From: Escherichia phage HK75
Direction: 5' to 3' (one strand)
Sequence record: HM173637
DNA length: 36,661 nucleotides
In this document: piece after piece, positions 18,349 to 26,208 of the stretch
How the letters are laid out: every line of letters begins with the position of its first letter
Numbering within the stretch: position 1 is the stretch's first letter
Notes under the pieces: generated by a model
The model's database searches: none
Told to the model about the DNA's origin: nothing
Seen by the model: the letters and a program-made list of their open reading frames with translations, nothing else
Made by a program: the position numbers and the translations under genes

Positions 18349-18986
18349 TGGCCGAATTTGGCGCGATGATATTAATGGACAACGGGAACCCATTTGTAAC
18401 GCCCCAGTCAACGCCTTTTTGTCTTTACGGCAAGTACACTTTCAACTCCTCTGCTAATGGCAGTTCGCAGCAGGTTACTCAGAATATTGCATTAAATGCT
18501 GACTACCCTGTGATGGTATTTATCAGGACCACAAATACCGCCCAGCCCACGCCAGTAATATCTTACCGGAACGGCGGGAATATATATGTCGCGGGGGTTA
18601 ATCCCTATAACCAGAGCTTCACGTTAACCGCATATATTTTTGCCATATTTCCCCAGACGTTACCGAAATGGGGGATGGCCATCTGGGATTCGAGCGGGAA
18701 GCTGGTACTCACTAATGAGTCCCGCGTGCTGTCAGACTTGCAGACAATCGGAACGCCTGGAGCAAACGGCGGGATTAACATTGACCAGACGCTTGATGGT
18801 TCATGGGCAGTGGCTCCATCAAGGCTGGGGCAAGTGAACAGAAACGACGCTTACTCATCTTGTAGGTATTCAGGCACAAGTACAAGAATAAACGCCGGTA
18901 CAGCCGCAAATACACCTGGCGGTGCTGGAGGGGTGATAAATAATGGAATTATCCTGACAGCAATTAAAACAGACGCCTATGATTGA
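18348..18986 (+). CDS. Hypothetical protein with internal repeat of the preceding ORF's domain
   Basis: 212 aa, start overlaps the preceding stop; contains two motif copies (MILMDNGNP and MAIWDSSGK). Confidence 0.4.
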   Translation: MAEFGAMILMDNGNPFVTPQSTPFCLYGKYTFNSSANGSSQQVTQNIALNADYPVMVFIRTTNTAQPTPVISYRNGGNIYVAGVNPYNQSFTLTAYIFAIFPQTLPKWGMAIWDSSGKLVLTNESRVLSDLQTIGTPGANGGINIDQTLDGSWAVAPSRLGQVNRNDAYSSCRYSGTSTRINAGTAANTPGGAGGVINNGIILTAIKTDAYD

Positions 18987-19093
18987 TTGTTTTGAGCGAT
19001 CAATAACAAATAATTTATCTATCTAATCAATTATACCCATCGATTATGTATTGGTATCTTCGAAGCTACTGAATACCTCTGGATACTATCAAA

Positions 19094-19327
19094 ATGAAAA
19101 GGCTAATTATCTGCATAGCGGGCGCTTTAATGCTGTCTGGTTGCGCTGGTGTACTTGAGAAACAGAAACCGATTTGCAGCGGCACGGCATATATGGGTGG
19201 CCATGAGAATACCGTTATGATTTACGCCGTTCGAAAGCAAAACAACCAGACGCAATACCGGGCCGGATATCCCTTTAACTGGCGCTGGGTAAGTGCGAAC
19301 ACATTCACAAGCACGACATGTAAATAA
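19094..19327 (+). CDS. Small lipoprotein (moron), possible Cor-like superinfection exclusion protein
   Basis: 77 aa; signal peptide with lipobox LSGC (Cys17); preceded by a 107-bp AT-rich spacer and followed by a hairpin plus T-run. Confidence 0.5.
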   Translation: MKRLIICIAGALMLSGCAGVLEKQKPICSGTAYMGGHENTVMIYAVRKQNNQTQYRAGYPFNWRWVSANTFTSTTCK

Positions 19328-19346
19328 CTCATGATTTTCAATGCAA

Positions 19347-19372
19347 ACCTCGCCTCGGCGGGGTTTTTTATT
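19347..19372 (+). terminator. Terminator-like hairpin after the lipoprotein gene
   Basis: GC-rich imperfect stem (CCTCGCC...GGCGGGG) followed by TTTTTTATT. Confidence 0.35.
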
Positions 19373-19385
19373 GCCTGGAGAAAAT

Positions 19386-20687
19386 ATGCTTTATAACACT
19401 GGAACCATCGCCATTAACGGAAACAGCGCCACCGGCACGGGCACGAACTGGACGGCACCCGCCAGCCAGGTTCGCGCTGGCCAGACGATTATCGTGATGT
19501 CTAACCCGGTGCAGCTGTTTCAGATTTCATCCGTGAACAGCGCCACGTCAATGACGGTTACTCCAGCTGCTTCCCCTGCGCTGAGCGGCCAGAAGTACGG
19601 CATTCTGGTATCAGACAATATCTCGGTCGACGGACTGGCACAGGCGATGTCTCAGCTCATCAAAGAGTATGACGAGAATATTGGCGCATGGGAGACGTTC
19701 GCTACTACCTCAGCAAACCAGAGCATCACGGTAACTATAAACGGCACCCCCGTGACTATCCCCGGCATCGGTAAGCTGGCACAGAAAGGAACCAACGGTG
19801 CTCTCCCGATTGACCAGGGCGGGACTGGTGCAACTAACGCTGCAGACGTTCGCACAAACCTCAGTTTGGGAAGTAGCGCTTTATTGGATGCTCAAAGTTC
19901 CTGGAGTGATTCCGGTCAAAAGAAAGTTCTAACTGTGGGGGCTTTTGGTCTGGGGCGTGAAATTACTGAATCAGTTCCACTTAATACTATGAGCGAGTAC
20001 TACCCCTCATCGTTTATATGGTCGGTAGAGGACGCCAGCTACATGGGTGTCTCAGGAAGTCAGAACATTACCTCTATCGTAATAGCTCGCGGAGGAAGAC
20101 CAACTCGCATTCATCAAATATACACGTTAGGGAGGACTTTCTTCAGTTACCGAACACCTACAGGGTGGCTGTATCAGGAAGCCTACACAACGGGGAACAC
20201 CACTAAGGCGAGCGATGGCACGCTAAAAGCGGCTTCACCAGTTGCCCGCATAGTAACGAGTCGCGATGCATGCCAGCGCGCTGACGTAGCAGAAGATGGT
20301 TTCTCCTGGTGCGGCTGCGGGACAGCAAACGCAGAGGCGGAGGGCATAACCCTTTCTCGCCTTGAGGCGGGTGTTTACCAGCTGACAGGTTCAGCAGGCC
20401 TGGCATCGGAGGGATGGCAACTACTGCCCCCAATGGACCCTGGCGGCATGGGAGAACTGGGCGTGGTTGAGGCAGAGAAAACCGATAACGGCGAACTGAC
20501 AATCCGTCTGTTTAAGCGCAAATACATGCTGGGCGATGAAGGTGAGATTGTAAAAACAAAAGGGGAGCCTATCGACGTACCGGCTAACAGCTGGATTGAT
20601 GTTCGGCTGGACATGCCTGAAAACAGCGTCTGGAATCAGCGCCAGAAAGAGGCGATGGCAAAAGAGACTCAGGAACCTGCTTCGTAA
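19386..20687 (+). CDS. Tail fibre protein
   Basis: 434 aa from the ATG at 19386 (GGAG RBS at 19377-19380); Gly/Thr/Ser-rich, N-terminus typical of fibre anchoring domains; last structural gene before attP. Confidence 0.55.
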   Translation: MLYNTGTIAINGNSATGTGTNWTAPASQVRAGQTIIVMSNPVQLFQISSVNSATSMTVTPAASPALSGQKYGILVSDNISVDGLAQAMSQLIKEYDENIGAWETFATTSANQSITVTINGTPVTIPGIGKLAQKGTNGALPIDQGGTGATNAADVRTNLSLGSSALLDAQSSWSDSGQKKVLTVGAFGLGREITESVPLNTMSEYYPSSFIWSVEDASYMGVSGSQNITSIVIARGGRPTRIHQIYTLGRTFFSYRTPTGWLYQEAYTTGNTTKASDGTLKAASPVARIVTSRDACQRADVAEDGFSWCGCGTANAEAEGITLSRLEAGVYQLTGSAGLASEGWQLLPPMDPGGMGELGVVEAEKTDNGELTIRLFKRKYMLGDEGEIVKTKGEPIDVPANSWIDVRLDMPENSVWNQRQKEAMAKETQEPAS

Positions 20688-20895
20688 AGTAAACCGCCGC
20701 CCATCGTATGCAAGAACGTGCTGCAGCTGGCTGGCGAACTTTCGATAGTGCGAGTATTGAATGATTTCCAGCCGTTACCGATTTTACTATGTTTTCAGTA
20801 GAACATTTAGACAAAACTGAGACACACAAGGCTTTGCACTGGATTGCAAGACTTTGTGCTCTTCTGTGGATGTGTGTCTACATGTTTGAAGATTG

Positions 20896-20911
20896 TTGTG
20901 CCGTATTTGTG
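20896..20911 (+). repeat. Integrase arm-type site candidate (P arm)
   Basis: TTGTGCCGTATTTGTG, identical 16-mer repeated at 21113-21128 on the other side of the att core. Confidence 0.5.
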
Positions 20912-21019
20912 ACATACACATGGCAACATCATGCATCAACTTTCTGTTTGTGCCATCAACTATAGATTAGTGAATGCGGTTAATGCTTGCTAAACAGATA
21001 GTTATGATTGGTGCTACAG

Positions 21020-21065
21020 ATTCGTAATGCGAAGGTCGTAGGTTCGACTCCTATTATCGGCACCA
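21020..21065 (+). other. attP core: 3' 46 nt of a tRNA-Thr(CGU) gene (anticodon loop to CCA end), thrW-like
   Basis: ATTCGTAATGCGAAGGTCGTAGGTTCGACTCCTATTATCGGCACCA: anticodon loop with CGT, T-arm GTAGG-TTCGACT-CCTAT, acceptor 3' strand plus ACCA; no matching 5' half upstream. Confidence 0.75.
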
Positions 21066-21079
21066 TTTAAATCAATAAG

Positions 21080-22240
21080 TTACCTAGCATTTAAGTAAAC
21101 TACGTTCTCCTCTTGTGCCGTATTTGTGCCATTGCGACTTATAATCGCATCGATTTTGCTCGCGTGCTCGGTGAGATGCCCGGCTGAAAGGTGGGCGTAT
21201 CTTTGAACCATTTCGAGAGTTTCCCATCCTCCCATCTCTTTAAGTGCAAGAAGAGAGACACCGGACTGAACCAGCCAGCTTGCCCAAGTATGCCTCAGGT
21301 CATGGAAGCGGAAGTTGCTAATGCCTGCCCGCTTTAACGCTCCCTTCCATGCCTTGTTGCTGTCGGTTCTCATCTTCCTTACCGATGCTGTTTTTGTTCC
21401 GTCGCTTCGGTAGGCAGGTTTGGTGTGGACAAACACCCATCTCTTATGGAGACCCTGCTGTTTTCTTAATATCTGGCATGCGGTTTCGTTAAGAGGAACT
21501 CCGATCGCATTGCCAGCTTTTGTTTCATCAGGGTGCATCCATGCCATTTTCTTATCCAGATCGACCTGTGACCACTCAAGGTCTGTAACGTTGGAACGGC
21601 GAAGGCCTGTCGTGATTGCAAACATGACCACAGGGAAGAAATGAGGAGCAATTTCTGCAAACAGGCGCTTCGATTCCTCCTCTGTAAGCCATCTGATCCG
21701 TCCATTCTTAACGCGTGGTGTTGATATTTTTGGCGCCCTGTCAAGCCATCCCCATTCAACAGCCATATTGAGAATAGCGCGAAGTATTGCCAGATGCCGC
21801 GTCTTCGTTCCTTTGCTTGCCAGCTTTGGTTTATACTCCGGCACTGGCTTGCCAAGCCGCAAACACCTGTCCCGGCTCATTTCCCAGTTCAGGCGATGGC
21901 GGCGGTTTTCCATCCCGTCTACCGCCTCCATTATTTTTTCTGATGTTATGTCTGAGAGAATGGTTTCTCTGAAGTGCAACATCCAGAACGATATAATGCT
22001 CTTGTCATCATCAATGGACTTCTTATCCGATTTCTCTCGCAGCCACCGTATGCAGGCTTCCTTGAATAGCTTTTTCGGTGATTCCCCGAGATTTTTTACT
22101 CTCCACGCTTCTGCTTTCAGACGATCGTGAAGTTCTTGCGCTTGCCTTTTGTCCGATGTTTCAAGAGAGCGTCTAACTCTTGATCCATCTGGCGCGACGA
22201 AATCACAGTGCCACGTGCCACCGCGTAGTTTGATTGACAT
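21080..22240 (-). CDS. int: Tyrosine integrase (P22-like, tRNA-Thr-specific)
   Basis: 386 aa; C-terminal FHDLRHTWASWLVQ...RYAHL with catalytic R-H-R-Y signature; recalled strong resemblance to P22 Int; adjacent to the tRNA-derived att core. Confidence 0.9.
   Translation of the reverse strand: MSIKLRGGTWHCDFVAPDGSRVRRSLETSDKRQAQELHDRLKAEAWRVKNLGESPKKLFKEACIRWLREKSDKKSIDDDKSIISFWMLHFRETILSDITSEKIMEAVDGMENRRHRLNWEMSRDRCLRLGKPVPEYKPKLASKGTKTRHLAILRAILNMAVEWGWLDRAPKISTPRVKNGRIRWLTEEESKRLFAEIAPHFFPVVMFAITTGLRRSNVTDLEWSQVDLDKKMAWMHPDETKAGNAIGVPLNETACQILRKQQGLHKRWVFVHTKPAYRSDGTKTASVRKMRTDSNKAWKGALKRAGISNFRFHDLRHTWASWLVQSGVSLLALKEMGGWETLEMVQRYAHLSAGHLTEHASKIDAIISRNGTNTAQEENVVYLNAR
21113..21128 (+). 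repeat. Integrase arm-type site candidate (P' arm)
   Basis: TTGTGCCGTATTTGTG, direct repeat of 20896-20911. Confidence 0.5.
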
Positions 22241-22464
22241 GCTTTAACCTCCTGCACATCAACCGCATTCACCGCGCTATTGTGTCTTACAGACTTAAGC
22301 GCCGCAATGCAGTCTGACTTGCAAATGCGATATGGGCTTTTAGGTTTATCTGGATTTATCTTTGCGGCCTGAAGTCGTCCACTTCGTATCCACTGCGTGA
22401 TAGTGCCTTTGTCTACCTTCAGATACGATGCTGCCTCTTCACGAGTGAAGATTTCTTCTTCCAC
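22117..22464 (-). CDS. xis: Excisionase / HTH DNA-binding protein
   Basis: 115 aa, N-terminal excisionase-type HTH (EEAASYLKVDKGTITQWIRSGRL), 3' end overlaps int. Confidence 0.55.
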   Translation of the reverse strand: MEEEIFTREEAASYLKVDKGTITQWIRSGRLQAAKINPDKPKSPYRICKSDCIAALKSVRHNSAVNAVDVQEVKACQSNYAVARGTVISSRQMDQELDALLKHRTKGKRKNFTIV

Positions 22465-22651
22465 CTGGAATCTCCATTTATTGAGTTGGTATTATTGCGG
22501 TAGGTCTGGATATCATTGAGCAATGAACAGGCCTCATCGAGTGTGAAGCGGTGTTATTTCATGGTTAGTCCTTGCGTAGCTCGCTGATTCTTCTGTAAGT
22601 CTCTGGTGCTTTGCTATCTCACGCAGTGCCTGATAGTCAATCTTGCTCATG

Positions 22652-22951
22652 TCACATCACCCTGAATCCGTTGCATTTACGTAAGAAATCGCAGATATAG
22701 CCCTTCATTTTTTCATGCCAATCTCGATCATTCCCATTGCACCAACCATCAGGTGGAGTCCAGTTTTCTATCAGAGCAGCCATTTTCTTTGCTTTCGCCG
22801 GAGTAGCTGTTGCGGTATCGCAGTAATGACGAGTGTCAACCAACGAATCCATACCATCGATATCAAGTACGCAAAACCATGTGTGATTCGGAATTCCTAC
22901 AGGTGGTATTTGTTGCCCACGTCGACGTTTATCAATAAGATATACACTCAC
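22652..22951 (-). CDS. Hypothetical protein (Cys-rich, 99 aa)
   Basis: ORF with GTG start overlapping the upstream stop (GTGA), early-left operon. Confidence 0.4.
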   Translation of the reverse strand: MSVYLIDKRRRGQQIPPVGIPNHTWFCVLDIDGMDSLVDTRHYCDTATATPAKAKKMAALIENWTPPDGWCNGNDRDWHEKMKGYICDFLRKCNGFRVM

Positions 22952-23448
22952 TGGTTGCCTCCTTTGCGAAGCTGGTCGGCGAACAAACGTACACTAGACG
23001 CTTCACTGCGTAGAAACTTAACGGCATAATCAAAACCACCTCGTTCTGCGTCGTCTGCTCCGTTGTCGAGGTTATCTGCGTACATCTCTACCCCCTGCGC
23101 CCGTACTTCAGCCAGGAAAGCATCGGTGGCTGGGGTTTCCGTGAAGTTGTCCTCCCAACCGTAGTACTCCTGACGACAGAAGTTATTAAATTCCTTCTCC
23201 GACTGTTTAAGCGCCGCATTCTCCGCCGCCAGCTCAGCGCACTTGCCCTCAAGGTTATCAATCGTGATTCCAGCAGAGCGACACTCCCGCAACGCCGTTT
23301 CTAGTTTTGATTCAAGTTCACCGAACTTACGGGCAAGATATTCAGCGTTTGTTTCGTTAACTTTTAAATCTCGTGGGAAGCATTTACCTTTCAGAAAACC
23401 ATCCATCTCAATTAGTGACATTTGTTTCATTTCTTCCCACTCCGCCAC
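22948..23448 (-). CDS. Hypothetical protein (166 aa, coiled-coil N-terminus, acidic C-terminus)
   Basis: Long ORF in the early-left operon; start uncertain (GTG 23448 or ATG 23430/23421). Confidence 0.45.
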   Translation of the reverse strand: MAEWEEMKQMSLIEMDGFLKGKCFPRDLKVNETNAEYLARKFGELESKLETALRECRSAGITIDNLEGKCAELAAENAALKQSEKEFNNFCRQEYYGWEDNFTETPATDAFLAEVRAQGVEMYADNLDNGADDAERGGFDYAVKFLRSEASSVRLFADQLRKGGNQ

Positions 23449-23591
23449 ATTGCATTCAGATATTTGTTGTCATTAACAGAGCCGAAACTATTTCTCTTAA
23501 GCAATTCCTCTCTCGATGGCATTGGCTTTACGCGTTGGCGAATAATCATTTCTGCCGGAAGAATGCCGGGATTGTATGCAAGTCCTCTCAT
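23427..23591 (-). CDS. Hypothetical small protein (54 aa)
   Basis: ATG at 23591 preceded by GAGGAA RBS; lies downstream of the 23602-23895 ORF. Confidence 0.3.
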   Translation of the reverse strand: MRGLAYNPGILPAEMIIRQRVKPMPSREELLKRNSFGSVNDNKYLNAMWRSGKK

Positions 23592-23601
23592 GGTAAATTC
23601 C

Positions 23602-23895
23602 TCAGTCATTACTGATAGCGCCATAGCGTGAGCGGTAATTACGCAGGCGCGGGTCAATTTCAGGGAAGTGGGTATATGTGGCTTTGCGGAATGGTCGGAT
23701 TGATGTCTGGTAAATTCGATCGCGTTCTTCTTTCTCTGCAAGCCATATACAATGGCGAAATTCCTTTTCCTCTTTCGTTTCCTGCGGTAGAGACATTATT
23801 CGATCGTAGTTTTTTCTGAATTTATCCAGCACCTCCGATACGGAATTGCCGGAACAGCGGCGCGCGTCATCCGCACCATACAAAGGCGCTGGCAT
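23602..23895 (-). CDS. Hypothetical protein (97 aa)
   Basis: ATG at 23895 with strong AGGAG RBS, immediately downstream of ssb. Confidence 0.5.
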   Translation of the reverse strand: MPAPLYGADDARRCSGNSVSEVLDKFRKNYDRIMSLPQETKEEKEFRHCIWLAEKEERDRIYQTSIRPFRKATYTHFPEIDPRLRNYRSRYGAISND

Positions 23896-23908
23896 GTTTT
23901 TCTCCTGA

Positions 23909-24415
23909 TTAAATTGCGTGAATAGCGTGACGAGGGAAGGGGAGAGTTACTGGTGCAAAGGGTATATCGTCGTCAAAATCCATCGGAGGTTCGTTGTGTT
24001 GTGCTGGTGATGATTGCTGCTGTGGCTTCTGTGATTGCCTGCTGGCTGCTTGTTGTTTGCTGTCGCCAATGCCGCCAAGCATTTGCATCACGCCATTAAT
24101 TCCGACATGAACCTCGGTTGTGTAACGGTCTTGCCCTGACTGGTCTTTCCACTTTCTGGTTCTCAGCATTCCCTCGAAATAAATCTGATCACCTTTTTTC
24201 ACATACTGCCCAACGACCTCAGCCAGTTTCCCGGATACAGCAACACGATGCCATTCAGTCAATTCCTTTTGCTCGCCAGTATTTTTATCTCGCCATTGTT
24301 CTGACGTGGCTATTGTCAGGTTAGCGAACGCTGTTCCTGATGGTGAGTATCGAACTTCCGGGTCTTGTCCTACCCGACCAAGGATAATCACCTTATTTAC
24401 GCCTCTGCTTGCCAT
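23909..24415 (-). CDS. ssb: Single-stranded DNA-binding protein with C-terminal extension
   Basis: OB-fold N-terminus ([17 protein letters not shown]...), Gly/Gln-rich linker, MDFDDDIPF acidic tip followed by 15 extra residues. Confidence 0.85.
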   Translation of the reverse strand: MASRGVNKVIILGRVGQDPEVRYSPSGTAFANLTIATSEQWRDKNTGEQKELTEWHRVAVSGKLAEVVGQYVKKGDQIYFEGMLRTRKWKDQSGQDRYTTEVHVGINGVMQMLGGIGDSKQQAASRQSQKPQQQSSPAQHNEPPMDFDDDIPFAPVTLPFPRHAIHAI

Positions 24416-25123
24416 TTATGCCGCCTGTTTTAGTTCGTTAACTCTGATGTTCATTACCTGAACGCATTTAGCCTGCGCCTCCTCGTTGCCAGCCATTAAT
24501 TGCCAGTCACGCTGATAACGCTCGATGAGTTTTTTCTTGTCAGTTTCTGTTGACGCATAATCGCTGAAGTCTTTCAGTATTTGTTCGCAGTCAACCGATG
24601 GAGATTTCTGGTTGGTATTTTCTGGTGATGGTTTGTTATCTGATGCTGGGATTGCCCATCCCGGCAGCGATGGAGGAAGCCAGTAAAATCCTGTTCCATC
24701 CTTCAGTTTTGCCCTGTGCCACCCCTGCTTTTTATCGAGAGATGTTTGTGCGAAACCTTCCTCAAGGTTATACAGATACCGACCGATTCCCCACTGAACG
24801 GCAGCGCGCTTCATTGCACCGGAACGACCACCTTTGACGGCTTCTACCTGCGTGTTTTCAGCAGCATCCCATTTGGTTACCCATTCGGAATCAATCTTTA
24901 TTGATATGCCGCATTCAACGCCGCCGTTGTTGGGAATATCGCGGTATTCATTGCGCCATCCTGCTTTGCCGCAAACATCGTCCAGGCGTTTCATGATTGC
25001 CCGGTTCGTGACATAAGCCAGCACCATAGCCCACACTTTGTCATCGCGTGTTTTACCGCTTTGCTGTATTCGCCATTCGATATCTTCAGGGCTGAATGGC
25101 TCATCGAATTTATTCAAATCCAT
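24416..25123 (-). CDS. Single-strand annealing recombinase (Rad52/Erf/Sak superfamily, tentative)
   Basis: 235 aa directly upstream of ssb; GAMKRAAVQWGIGRYLY segment resembling the Rad52-type annealing motif; GAGGTGA RBS. Confidence 0.5.
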   Translation of the reverse strand: MDLNKFDEPFSPEDIEWRIQQSGKTRDDKVWAMVLAYVTNRAIMKRLDDVCGKAGWRNEYRDIPNNGGVECGISIKIDSEWVTKWDAAENTQVEAVKGGRSGAMKRAAVQWGIGRYLYNLEEGFAQTSLDKKQGWHRAKLKDGTGFYWLPPSLPGWAIPASDNKPSPENTNQKSPSVDCEQILKDFSDYASTETDKKKLIERYQRDWQLMAGNEEAQAKCVQVMNIRVNELKQAA

Positions 25124-25131
25124 AATTCACC

Positions 25132-25302
25132 TCAGAATGGACACGGCCCAAGGAAATAACGCTGATTTAATACTTCAGTCTTTGCCGCATTTAAAAATAC
25201 GCGAACACCTTCACGATCTCCCTTCTGGCGATACATTAACGCCTGCTGCGTGTACATGCGTCTCTGTAACTTGCTCTCCTTCACTGTGGTTGCAAGTGAC
25301 AT
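25132..25302 (-). CDS. Hypothetical small basic protein (56 aa)
   Basis: ATG at 25302 with excellent AAGGAGA RBS; overlaps 25211-25381 ORF in another frame. Confidence 0.35.
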   Translation of the reverse strand: MSLATTVKESKLQRRMYTQQALMYRQKGDREGVRVFLNAAKTEVLNQRYFLGPCPF

Positions 25303-25381
25303 GAATATCTCCTTCGTTACCGATTAATTCTTTCATCTGACGAATGAATTCTTCGTCTGACCAGTTATCTGTAAAACTCAT
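25211..25381 (-). CDS. Hypothetical small acidic protein (56 aa), alternative to or overlapping the 25132-25302 ORF
   Basis: ATG overlaps the stop of the upstream Kil-position ORF (ATGA); weak RBS. Confidence 0.2.
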   Translation of the reverse strand: MSFTDNWSDEEFIRQMKELIGNEGDIHVTCNHSEGEQVTETHVHAAGVNVSPEGRS

Positions 25382-25530
25382 TTCCTGCGATACCACGGAA
25401 GGTTGATAGCTGATTTCATCGCTTTATTTGCTTCAAGCCACATTTTGGAATCACCAATAAATCTGGCTATTACTGCTTTGTTCTGTGCTGCACGAAGCAT
25501 CTGGTGATTGATGGCTATTTCATTGCGCAT
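25378..25530 (-). CDS. Small protein at the Kil position (50 aa)
   Basis: ATG at 25530 with GAGGT RBS, immediately after the cIII-like gene, shorter than the ORF-track cutoff. Confidence 0.3.
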   Translation of the reverse strand: MRNEIAINHQMLRAAQNKAVIARFIGDSKMWLEANKAMKSAINLPWYRRK

Positions 25531-25640
25531 AATAAGACCTCAACTCTTTTCCACCCGTCACGTAATTTACGGGTGATTCGTTCAAGTAAAGATTCGGAAG
25601 GGCAGCCAGCAACAGGCCACCCTGCAATGGCATATTGCAT
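25515..25640 (-). CDS. cIII: cIII-like FtsH inhibitor
   Basis: MQYAIAGWPVAGCPSESLLERITRKLRDGWKR matches the recalled lambda cIII N-terminal/central region; 41 aa from the internal ATG of the 25515-25742 ORF. Confidence 0.6.
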   Translation of the reverse strand: MQYAIAGWPVAGCPSESLLERITRKLRDGWKRVEVLLCAMK

Positions 25641-25703
25641 GGTGTGCTCCTTATTTATACATAACGAAAAACGCCTCTCGTGAAGCGTTATTGGTATGCA
25701 TAT

Positions 25704-25727
25704 AAAAAGGCCCTCACACTGGAGGGC
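25704..25727 (-). terminator. Intrinsic terminator (tL1-like) between the N-like gene and cIII
   Basis: On the minus strand GCCCTC-cagtgt-GAGGGC followed by CTTTTTATAT. Confidence 0.4.
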
Positions 25728-25869
25728 AAAGAAGACTTCCAATAATCAGAACAAGTCGGCTCCTGTTTAGTTACGAGCGACATTGCTCCGTGTATTCACT
25801 CGTTGGAATGAATACACAGTGCAGTGTTTATTCTGTTGTTTGCGTGAAAATGAAATCTGCCTAAGCGGG

Positions 25870-26208
25870 TTATGACCACTTTTTGTTTGGGTTTCGTTGG
25901 TGAGCGTGATTAACAACTCTGTGCATTACATCCTCATATTTTTCATCTTCAATTTTTTCGACATCGCGAGGAAATGGTGTTGCTAATGCTTTGTCAACTT
26001 TGTCCATTGGGTCTTCATTAATCTTATATTCCGGACCGTCATCTATAGCATTAAATCCAGGTGTTACACCGTTTTCTAATGCATATGCCATTCTCTTTTC
26101 CCATCTCGCTATTCTCCTCCTGTCTTGAGATGTAAGGCATCTATCAGATACTTTTCTGTTTTGTCCGCGGTCAGGATTAACATAAATAGTCTTTTTCACC
26201 ATAAGCAT
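25870..26208 (-). CDS. Putative N-like antitermination protein
   Basis: First gene leftward of the repressor; basic Arg-rich segment SQDRRRIARWEKR near the N-terminus; ORF-track start at 26214 is TTG, first ATG at 26208. Confidence 0.3.
   Translation of the reverse strand: MLMVKKTIYVNPDRGQNRKVSDRCLTSQDRRRIARWEKRMAYALENGVTPGFNAIDDGPEYKINEDPMDKVDKALATPFPRDVEKIEDEKYEDVMHRVVNHAHQRNPNKKWS

Noticed and set aside
21020-21065. A complete tRNA-Thr gene at the attachment site
   Set aside because: Only the 3' 46 nt is present; the upstream sequence does not form the acceptor 5' strand or D-arm, so this is an attP core and not a functional tRNA.
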